Shown here: one piece after another, positions 1 to 6,576 of the stretch
Layout of the letters: every line of letters begins with the position of its first letter
How positions within the stretch are numbered: the first letter of the stretch is position 1
IMG/VR virus record: IMGVR_UViG_3300027808_000141
Span: 1-26,551 of that record
DNA: 26,551 nucleotides
Direction: 5' to 3' (one strand)
From: a virus
Taxonomy: Duplodnaviria > Caudoviricetes
Translations under genes and position numbers: made by a program
The notes under the pieces: model-generated
What the model was told of the DNA's origin: nothing
What the model saw: only the letters and a program-made list of their open reading frames with translations
Databases searched by the model: none

Positions 1-4
1 TAAC

Positions 5-61
5 TTTTTTTTCCCTGTTTTTGCCATTTTTTGCCTGCTTTTGTTAATTTTTGTCAATTTG
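5..61. repeat. Phased T-tracts with 10-bp period (likely bent DNA near packaging site or genome end)
   Basis: T-runs end at positions 12, 22, 32, 42, 52 and 60, directly downstream of the HNH gene. Confidence 0.6.
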
Positions 62-490
62 TCACCCTGTGCGTTGATGCATTGCGTAGCTGTAGTCGTC
101 TTGGGTGTATGCCTTCTCGCCTTCCATTGTCCAGTGTAGGTAGTTACCCTTACGCTCTTGGCCTGTCTTGTGACTGTGATCTGCATGGCATAGGGATTGG
201 AAGATGTTATGTAGAAAGGCGTGCTGGCCTATATGCCGCCAAGGAAATACGTGATCTACGTGCTGTGCAACCTCTACACGGCCTCTAGATAGGCAGGCTT
301 GGCATAGGGGCTGTATGCTTAACTGGCGGCGTCTGATGCTGCGCCAAGCTGGTGTTTGATATACGCTGTCAGTCTGTCTAGCATCTAAGTTGTCTTTGCC
401 GCCGTGCTTGATGCAAAAGCTGTTTAGCTTGCTTCGTGGTTCTTTGCAGCCTAGTTCACCGCATTTAAGGTTGCTAGGGTACGTTGGCAT
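62..490 (-). CDS. HNH endonuclease, packaging-associated type (HK97 gp74-like)
   Basis: PLCQAC...HVDHVFP...QSLCHADHSHKT motif plus an N-terminal Cys/His cluster; last gene of the operon in this window. Confidence 0.85.
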   Translation of the reverse strand: MPTYPSNLKCGELGCKEPRSKLNSFCIKHGGKDNLDARQTDSVYQTPAWRSIRRRQLSIQPLCQACLSRGRVEVAQHVDHVFPWRHIGQHAFLHNIFQSLCHADHSHKTGQERKGNYLHWTMEGEKAYTQDDYSYAMHQRTG

Positions 491-1376
491 TGGAGCGTGA
501 AAGTTTACTCTGTTTTGTTAATTTTTTGTGCCGTTCATGCATTATTTTTGGTACAGCTTTGTTCCATTCAATTTTGTGATGAATACGTGGATGCGTTGTA
601 ATTAACATGCTTACTTTGCAGCAGCTTGGGGCTGCCATTACGCTATAAAAAGATTTAACATAGGTTCCCATTGTTTTGTACATTTCTGTATTGCCGCCTA
701 CATTAGATTGCGTTTGCATTTGTGTGAGCATAATATTGGCTATCTGACAAAAGATTTTCCCTACTTTGCCCTGTGTTAAGTAAGTGTTTACATCGTCGTT
801 CATGCGACCTATAAAAATGCAATCATCGGCTGCGTTTTGGTTGACTTTAAAAACAAAACTGTTCATGGCTTTGCGTTTGTATTGCACGCTATCAAATGAT
901 GCTGCCCCGCCAATAAAATCACCACCCTGCGCCATGGCAATAGCTGTGCTACCTGTGTTTTTCAAACACTCTATAAATGCTTGACAAACTTCATTCATGC
1001 GTGTAATTGGCGTGTAGCCAAGAGTCGGGCCATCTACAAAACGATGCATCAAACTTTTGTAATCGTCCTCGTATTCAAAAAAGTAATCTAAGCCTAGCAA
1101 CCTGGCAATATCATAGCAAGCGTTTCTAGCATAAACGATGACCTTGTTGCCTTCAAAATTGTCCATAATGTCAAACTTATTTTGATAAGTCTGCTTGCTG
1201 AAAACAATTACCTGGTTTTTGTATTTGATCTGATATTCAAACAAAGTTTTATCTTCATCATCGCAAATAAGGTAAATACTGCCTGTGTATCCTGATTTTC
1301 GCAAAGTGTGATAAGTAATTACATTGTCTGGGCGGCCATGAGTTAAAATAAATATGGCAAAATTAGGCGTTTCCAT
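474..1376 (-). CDS. GT-A fold glycosyltransferase, GREB1/TET-associated (TAGT)-like
   Basis: IFILTHGRP N-terminal strand, YARNACYD, acidic YEDDY (DxD-like) motif, GRMNDDVNTY, QSNVGGNTEMY, RIHHKIEW. Start moved to ATG 1376, which overlaps the upstream stop. Confidence 0.75.
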   Translation of the reverse strand: METPNFAIFILTHGRPDNVITYHTLRKSGYTGSIYLICDDEDKTLFEYQIKYKNQVIVFSKQTYQNKFDIMDNFEGNKVIVYARNACYDIARLLGLDYFFEYEDDYKSLMHRFVDGPTLGYTPITRMNEVCQAFIECLKNTGSTAIAMAQGGDFIGGAASFDSVQYKRKAMNSFVFKVNQNAADDCIFIGRMNDDVNTYLTQGKVGKIFCQIANIMLTQMQTQSNVGGNTEMYKTMGTYVKSFYSVMAAPSCCKVSMLITTHPRIHHKIEWNKAVPKIMHERHKKLTKQSKLSRSNANVP

Positions 1377-2319
1377 TTTTAACTCGCGTGCTGCTGTAGT
1401 TGTGCTTGCGTTTAAGGTAAACAATTTCTTTGTCCATAGCCTCAATTTTACCTTTCATTTCCCATTCGTTTGTTTTGTGATCTTCGCCAAGAAAATAAAC
1501 ATCGTATTCAAGTGATGCAAAAATGTCTGCATCCCTGCTTGAATTTTCATAAGGAATTACCTCATCAACCCATTTGACTGCGCGTAATTGCATGTAACGC
1601 TCGTAAATGGATTGAATTGGTTCTTTGTATGTCGGTTTACAGTGTAAACCAACTATAAGTAAATCGCAATGCTTTTTAGCTTCCTCTAACGCTAAAACGT
1701 GGCCTGAATGCAAAATATCTGCGACCATTGGGAAAAAACCTATTTTCATATAACTTCCTTTTAATATTAATGGCTCGATTATGTACGGTTTACAGTTTTT
1801 AATATGTAGATCGTAATATGCTTTATGAATAGCATTTTTTGGCGGGTTTAAAGCAAACATAAACATTTTAATTGTTCCACTGTGTGCCACAATGAGAATT
1901 TGTTTGTTAATGTGTTTGCGTTCTATGTCGTTAACAAAAGATTTAACCCTTATTAAAAAAGCAGCCTTGCTTTCTACTTGATATTTGTTTAAAAAATTAA
2001 GGTCTTCGCTTTTTAATAGCTTTTCGCTATCTAAGTGTTTACCTTCTAACAATCCTTTGCTTAGTTCCATCAACCTATCGTCATAAATAGTTTCTGTGTG
2101 TCGATGATGCCTTAAAATTTTGTTAGCTGTTGATTTTGCACGGTTTAAAGGTGAGCAGTAACAAAGATCAAAGTGTTCATGTTGAAGTTCATTGGCAACT
2201 TTGTCGGCTTGTTTTATTCCAATGTCATTTAGCGGAATGTCGTACTGGCCATGCATAATGCCGTTTTTGTTCCAATATGTCTGACCGTGCCTAACAAGAA
2301 TATATTTATTCTTCGCCAT
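1363..2319 (-). CDS. Histidine phosphatase (PGM family) fused to a TagD-like HxGH cytidylyltransferase
   Basis: N-half: LVRHGQT, SPLNRA, E, VAHSG. C-half: ADILHSGH, LIVGL, ERYMQL..VKWVDEV, GED, YSST. Confidence 0.85.
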   Translation of the reverse strand: MAKNKYILVRHGQTYWNKNGIMHGQYDIPLNDIGIKQADKVANELQHEHFDLCYCSPLNRAKSTANKILRHHRHTETIYDDRLMELSKGLLEGKHLDSEKLLKSEDLNFLNKYQVESKAAFLIRVKSFVNDIERKHINKQILIVAHSGTIKMFMFALNPPKNAIHKAYYDLHIKNCKPYIIEPLILKGSYMKIGFFPMVADILHSGHVLALEEAKKHCDLLIVGLHCKPTYKEPIQSIYERYMQLRAVKWVDEVIPYENSSRDADIFASLEYDVYFLGEDHKTNEWEMKGKIEAMDKEIVYLKRKHNYSSTRVKNGNA

Positions 2320-3055
2320 TCAAATCATCTATTTGTGCGCTTAAATGAACAAATCCATTTTCAATGGCTTGTTTGTAATCAACAATCACAAGAGCGTTTT
2401 TTTCCATTAATTCTTGACATTCTTTTGATGTATGTGCATAAAAATCAGCGACTTTAGAATAATTAAAAACAATATGGCGTGATGCAGCCGCCATTAAAAA
2501 ATCTTTTTCTTTTTGAGTTAGTTTGCTTTCTTTGATGTCTGCAATTAAATTTATAGCTTTAGTATCGTCGTACAAATCTTCAATCGGTGGTTTTTTATTG
2601 TGCGGCTCATAAATTGGAACTGTAATTTTGTTGCTGTAAATGGCATCTGCTTCTGCAATATCCATTAATGACTTTAATTCTTCAGCACTAAAACCTATTA
2701 AATCAATATCAAACCCTAAATTACCAAGCGCTCTAAGTTCTAAAGCAAGCATCTCATCATCCCAGCCAGCATTTAACGCTAACTTGTTGTCCGCAATGAT
2801 GTATGCCCGTTTTTGCGTGTCGCTCATGTGGCTGAGTTCAATTGTCGGCACCTGGGTTTCGCCCAGCTTATGCGCTGCCAATACCCTGCCATGCCCGGCA
2901 ATAATGCCGTTTTCGCCGTCTATCAGTATGGGGTTTGTCCAGCCAAATTCTCGTATGCTGGCGGCTATTTGTGCAACTTGCTCTGCGCTGTGCGTACGGC
3001 TGTTGCGTGCGTAGGGTATTAAATCTTCTGTCGCTTTGTACTGTATTTCAATCAT
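2306..3055 (-). CDS. ParB/Srx-like N-terminal domain fused to an uncharacterised helical C-terminal domain
   Basis: LIPYARNSRTH, SIREFGWTNPILID, IIAGHGRVLAA, ADNKLA..AGWD. The C-terminal region (PIYEP...AASRHIVFNY..ADFYAH) has no methylase motifs. Confidence 0.85.
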   Translation of the reverse strand: MIEIQYKATEDLIPYARNSRTHSAEQVAQIAASIREFGWTNPILIDGENGIIAGHGRVLAAHKLGETQVPTIELSHMSDTQKRAYIIADNKLALNAGWDDEMLALELRALGNLGFDIDLIGFSAEELKSLMDIAEADAIYSNKITVPIYEPHNKKPPIEDLYDDTKAINLIADIKESKLTQKEKDFLMAAASRHIVFNYSKVADFYAHTSKECQELMEKNALVIVDYKQAIENGFVHLSAQIDDLNGEE

Positions 3056-3329
3056 TTAACGCCTTTATTGTCTTTTCGTGGGCGGCTTGCCACATGGTTT
3101 GTCGTTCCTGTTTGCTCAACTTTGCGCCTTGATCGATCTCATAATGGCACGTTTGGCACAGTGCTGCCACTAAGTTGTCGTCAGATTTCACGCCTCTGCC
3201 TTTGCCGCCGCCCCAGTTTGTATGTGCTGCCTGCACCATTTCTCCGCTACCGCAATGCTGGCAGTTTAGCAGGGCAACCCGTTTGAGCAATGCTTTGTCT
3301 CTGACATAGCTGTGTTTAGGAAACATCAT
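3048..3329 (-). CDS. Small HNH-like Zn-binding protein (DUF968/DUF1364/Ref-like)
   Basis: CQHCG...QAAH...GKGRGVKSDD...ALCQTCH; nin-region position. Confidence 0.7.
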   Translation of the reverse strand: MMFPKHSYVRDKALLKRVALLNCQHCGSGEMVQAAHTNWGGGKGRGVKSDDNLVAALCQTCHYEIDQGAKLSKQERQTMWQAAHEKTIKALND

Positions 3330-3588
3330 TTATGCGTTGCCAATATTTTGCCATATATTTGTTTTTATTGTCCATTTCTTTTAATTTTATAAACCCCCAC
3401 CGTGCTTTTCTAACGGCTTTTCCTATTGTTTCTCCTGTGACGCCTTCAATTTTTGCAACATCGCAATGTTTCATTCCGTCTACAAGTACGAGTTTTGCAC
3501 GCTGAAAATTTTTTTCTCCAAGATATCGCCGCCAACCGTTTACTTTGTCTATTCTTAACAAATCAATATAAGTAATAGTTTCCAGCAT
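3316..3588 (-). CDS. Small HTH (sigma region 4-like) DNA-binding protein
   Basis: GMKHCDVAKIEGVTGETIGKAVRKA; AAGGA RBS before ATG 3588. Confidence 0.5.
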   Translation of the reverse strand: MLETITYIDLLRIDKVNGWRRYLGEKNFQRAKLVLVDGMKHCDVAKIEGVTGETIGKAVRKARWGFIKLKEMDNKNKYMAKYWQRINDVS

Positions 3589-3598
3589 AATATTTCCT

Positions 3599-4003
3599 TT
3601 ATACATCAATGCTTTTGTTTGCTGCCCAAGCATACAAAAATTCTATAAATTCACTGCTCTCGCCCGTAGTGAATTTGTGACTTTGCAAGCCAAGCTGGAC
3701 GATTCTCTCACCATCCAGGCTCGGGCATACTTTGCCGATCTTCCTGTCTGTATCATGCGCCCATTGATCTACCAGCAATCGTTTCCAATCGTCTGCTGTC
3801 CAAGTGCTGCCTGCTGCCGCCATCTGCTTGCTGATTTTGCCGATTAAAGAATGAAACATTGCGTTTTGCTCGGTGCTGCGCCTACTTTGCTTGATCTCAA
3901 TGGTCATCTTGTGGCCTGCCATCAGCATTGATTTCAGCGTGGGCCAGATCACGGTCATCATTTCCCGGTGGGCTTGCACAGGTTCCCAAACTGCAATCTT
4001 CAT
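3599..4003 (-). CDS. ninB: NinB/Orf family recombination protein
   Basis: RSTEQNAMFHSLIGKISKQ, WTADDWKRLL, SEFIEFLYAWAA. Confidence 0.85.
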   Translation of the reverse strand: MKIAVWEPVQAHREMMTVIWPTLKSMLMAGHKMTIEIKQSRRSTEQNAMFHSLIGKISKQMAAAGSTWTADDWKRLLVDQWAHDTDRKIGKVCPSLDGERIVQLGLQSHKFTTGESSEFIEFLYAWAANKSIDV

Positions 4004-4179
4004 TTCTTTTCTACCTGTGGTTTTCTAGAAATGCTTTGAAATGCTGGCTGTTGCGGTTCTTTATAACCACAACTTAAACCGTGTTTATTTGCTTCGTGCA
4101 ATCCAGAATATGCCCAACCGCAAAGCGTACAAACATAATATGGTGAATTACCAAGCGCATCTAGTTTACGTTCAATCAT
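4000..4179 (-). CDS. 59-aa zinc-finger microprotein (not in ORF track)
   Basis: MIERKLDALGNSPYYVCTLCGWAYSGLHEANKHGLSCGYKEPQQPAFQSISRKPQVEKK; ATGA overlaps with both rusA and ninB. Confidence 0.7.
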   Translation of the reverse strand: MIERKLDALGNSPYYVCTLCGWAYSGLHEANKHGLSCGYKEPQQPAFQSISRKPQVEKK

Positions 4180-4598
4180 TCTGTTTCCTTTATTAAAATA
4201 TCTACACCTGCATTTATTGCATAGCGTTTTGTTGCTTGAATACTAATTACTTGCACATCGTCATCGTAGATCACTTTATTCATGCCGTCCATCATGGCTT
4301 TTATGATGTTGTCCAAGTCTGGCTTTTTGCATGGCCTCTCCAAGCCACTTAAACAGGCCTCAGTGCGCTTTTTGGAATAGGACTGTGGCACTGGTAGCTT
4401 GACGTAAATAAAAGCCTCTAGCGCCGTTTTTAGCGGTTCACTGCTGCCCATTGCTTGCAGGGCATAAAAACGTATTTGATCTTCGTAGCTGCTCGTTTTG
4501 GCATCGGTGTAGGTTTTAACAAAATTACCTCGCCTAGCAAACCGTGGCCTGCCTTTACCTCGGGGTTGGCCTGGCACTTCAAAGCAAATTTGCATCAT
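4176..4598 (-). CDS. rusA: RusA family Holliday junction resolvase
   Basis: VPGQPRGKGRPRF, KPDLDNIIKAMMDGMN, DDVQV. Start taken at ATG 4598 after the upstream stop. Confidence 0.9.
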   Translation of the reverse strand: MMQICFEVPGQPRGKGRPRFARRGNFVKTYTDAKTSSYEDQIRFYALQAMGSSEPLKTALEAFIYVKLPVPQSYSKKRTEACLSGLERPCKKPDLDNIIKAMMDGMNKVIYDDDVQVISIQATKRYAINAGVDILIKETE

Positions 4599-4599
4599 T

Positions 4600-5184
4600 T
4601 CATTGCCTATTTTTAGCAGAATCCAAAACTTCTTGTTTGGTAGCAAGTTGTTTTAAATCGCCATGCGCCCAATAAACCATTCCACTTTTACCGTGTCCTA
4701 AACAACCGTCTCGCCCATGATTAATTGCCAAAGTTCTGTGGTGTTCTTTTAAACTCAAAGTAAACACGTCACCGCCATACAAACCAGTCGGGCATTTAGA
4801 CGGGCACCCGTAACGTTTATCGTTGTCGCTTGGCATTTCATTACGGTGGAAAAACATTAACCATACCGGCAGTTTTGTTTGCTTTGCAACTTCCATATAA
4901 TCTTCATAATGACGCAAATCAATGCCGGTTGTCCAGTGTTGTGTATTGCGGTGCCAGGTAAATACAGTTTTGTGCTTTGCTTCAATCCACATTACACCGT
5001 TTGATGTAAATGCAACCAGATCGGGAGAAACAAGGCTAGCAGCCGCTGAAAACAATTGCGGCCCTTTGTTTGCTGTTTTTTCCACTTCATACACTGGCAA
5101 TATTAAATTACCACGCGCCATTAACCATTGAGCAATTAATCCCTCGCCAACCTTGCCGTAATCAAGTTTTTCAGCAAATATCAT
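4600..5184 (-). CDS. PD-(D/E)XK restriction-fold nuclease
   Basis: N-terminal helix GKVGEGLIAQWL, then SPDLVAF...WIEAKHK. Confidence 0.65.
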   Translation of the reverse strand: MIFAEKLDYGKVGEGLIAQWLMARGNLILPVYEVEKTANKGPQLFSAAASLVSPDLVAFTSNGVMWIEAKHKTVFTWHRNTQHWTTGIDLRHYEDYMEVAKQTKLPVWLMFFHRNEMPSDNDKRYGCPSKCPTGLYGGDVFTLSLKEHHRTLAINHGRDGCLGHGKSGMVYWAHGDLKQLATKQEVLDSAKNRQ

Positions 5185-5395
5185 TTTTTATTGTTTTAAT
5201 CTTTTGATAAATAATTAACGTAATGCCTGGGAAATCCTGTTCTAGTTCTTTAAATCGGTGTATTAAATATTGTCTCCTGCCATCCTTTTGGGCTTGATCT
5301 CCATTTGCCAAGGCCAGTTCCGCATACGTCTGCGTCAATGTCTCCAACCAGTTCAAGTGCTTGGGTAATGTCGGCGTAGGTGTGATTGTGTCCAT
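5171..5395 (-). CDS. Hypothetical protein (start uncertain; overlaps next ORF in another frame)
   Basis: Open frame whose stop overlaps the start of the nuclease gene by 14 bp. Confidence 0.45.
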   Translation of the reverse strand: MDTITPTPTLPKHLNWLETLTQTYAELALANGDQAQKDGRRQYLIHRFKELEQDFPGITLIIYQKIKTIKNDIC

Positions 5396-5438
5396 CGCGG
5401 GTTTCGTCTAGCAGTTTGTGGGCTTCAAAGTAATTCAT
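5250..5438 (-). CDS. Hypothetical protein MNYFEAHKLLD...
   Basis: ATG 5438 forms an ATGA overlap with the MTase alpha stop. Confidence 0.6.
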   Translation of the reverse strand: MNYFEAHKLLDETRDGHNHTYADITQALELVGDIDADVCGTGLGKWRSSPKGWQETIFNTPI

Positions 5439-6333
5439 TGCAAGATTCTCCAGGCTGTTGCGGCACACAATGGGACTTGTCCGTTTCCAATGGCTTTAAG
5501 TCTGTCCACCCTAGCGGCCACCCCATCAGCCACTCTACCCACGTTGGGTTCAGCTTTCCACCAATGGTTGCTTGATCCGTATGCGCCATCACCGTTTCCA
5601 AGTTGGGAAACCTTTGGCCTTGATCTGTCAAAGTTGCCGCCATTGCTGAACAACTCCGTGGTGTTGGCCAATGCACTTGAGTTCCCAAATTCGGTGACTG
5701 CCTGTTCCCTTGGCTGGCTCCGCTGTCCTTCCAATCCCTCGCATTTGGGGTGGGCCACTTGTCTGGCGTGTTGACCATCTGTGGCAGGCTTTGACCCGTC
5801 ATCTTGTCCGTGATCGTCCCGCCCCGCTGACCGTCTGATGCTGCTGGCGTTGCCCACAACCCAAATCCTGTTCCTCTGGTGGTTTGCGCCAATGTCTGCT
5901 GCTCCCAGCACTCCCCATTTCGCATCAAACCCCATTGAGGCCAAGTCTCCAAGAACGGTTCCAAGTCCCCGAGAAGTGAGCATTGGTGAGTTCTCCACAA
6001 ACGCAAATCTGGGCTGTACTTCGTGAATGATGCGTGCCATTTCTCGCCACATTCCGCTGCGCTCTCCGTCAATGCCTGTTCCTTTTCCTGCGGCTGATAT
6101 GTCTTTGCATGGAAAGCCGCCCGATACAACGTCAACAATTCCTCGCCACGGCTTACCGTCAAAGGTTTGAACGTCATCCCAAACCGGGAAAGGCGGGAGA
6201 AGACCGTCATTTTGTCTGGCGCACAGTACGCTTGCTGGATAGGGTTCCCATTCAACGGCGCAGACTGTTCGCCATCCAAGGAGGTGTCCACCGAGTATGC
6301 CTCCACCAGCGCCTGCGAAAAGAGCCAACTCAT
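5425..6333 (-). CDS. C5 methyltransferase beta-type subunit in an alternative frame (variable region plus motif IX)
   Basis: 302 open codons over the MTase gene; three WxTP repeats and GKLNPTWVEWLMGWPLGWT (motif IX-like), which is missing from the alpha frame. Confidence 0.7.
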   Translation of the reverse strand: MSWLFSQALVEAYSVDTSLDGEQSAPLNGNPIQQAYCAPDKMTVFSRLSRFGMTFKPLTVSRGEELLTLYRAAFHAKTYQPQEKEQALTESAAECGEKWHASFTKYSPDLRLWRTHQCSLLGDLEPFLETWPQWGLMRNGECWEQQTLAQTTRGTGFGLWATPAASDGQRGGTITDKMTGQSLPQMVNTPDKWPTPNARDWKDSGASQGNRQSPNLGTQVHWPTPRSCSAMAATLTDQGQRFPNLETVMAHTDQATIGGKLNPTWVEWLMGWPLGWTDLKPLETDKSHCVPQQPGESCNELL

Positions 6334-6337
6334 TCAC
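5435..6337 (-). CDS. DNA cytosine-C5 methyltransferase, alpha subunit
   Basis: Motif I LFAGAGG, IV GGFPC, VI FVENS, VIII HQRNRIW, X RLKAIGNGQVP. GTG 6337 start overlaps the upstream TGA. Confidence 0.9.
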   Translation of the reverse strand: MNELALFAGAGGGILGGHLLGWRTVCAVEWEPYPASVLCARQNDGLLPPFPVWDDVQTFDGKPWRGIVDVVSGGFPCKDISAAGKGTGIDGERSGMWREMARIIHEVQPRFAFVENSPMLTSRGLGTVLGDLASMGFDAKWGVLGAADIGANHQRNRIWVVGNASSIRRSAGRDDHGQDDGSKPATDGQHARQVAHPKCEGLEGQRSQPREQAVTEFGNSSALANTTELFSNGGNFDRSRPKVSQLGNGDGAYGSSNHWWKAEPNVGRVADGVAARVDRLKAIGNGQVPLCAATAWRILQ

Positions 6338-6576
6338 CACGGCTCTTTGTTGTACCAAGTGCTAACGGGCGGCACGCCTGGGCTGTCTTTGTCTGCCAAA
6401 TATTGCTGATACGTCTTCGTGTTGCCAAACTTTGGCTGCTGCCATTGATGACGGCTGCATTTCGGTAGCTGCCCGTCAATGCAAACGCTCCAGCGGCTGC
6501 TGCAACCATCCACGCTACACAGCAGATCACTTTTGCCCTCAGGAATTTCCTCTTTTTTGAAGTTAGTGAGCGCCAT
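6334..6576 (-). CDS. Small Cys-rich hypothetical protein downstream of the initiator
   Basis: AAGGA RBS before ATG 6576; CSVDGC...C...CSRH. Confidence 0.65.
   Translation of the reverse strand: MALTNFKKEEIPEGKSDLLCSVDGCSSRWSVCIDGQLPKCSRHQWQQPKFGNTKTYQQYLADKDSPGVPPVSTWYNKEPW

Noticed and set aside
2306-3055. Plasmid-prophage partition system
   Set aside because: No ParA or parS-like array, and the protein lacks the HTH of partitioning ParB; context points to modification or packaging.
5425-6337. MTase as a frameshifted pseudogene or sequencing error
   Set aside because: Both frames are open end to end and a single polypeptide would need two compensating shifts.
6330-6530. Third minus-strand frame ORF of 66 aa
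   Set aside because: Nested in the better supported 6334-6576 gene, which has an RBS and stop coupling; no independent evidence.
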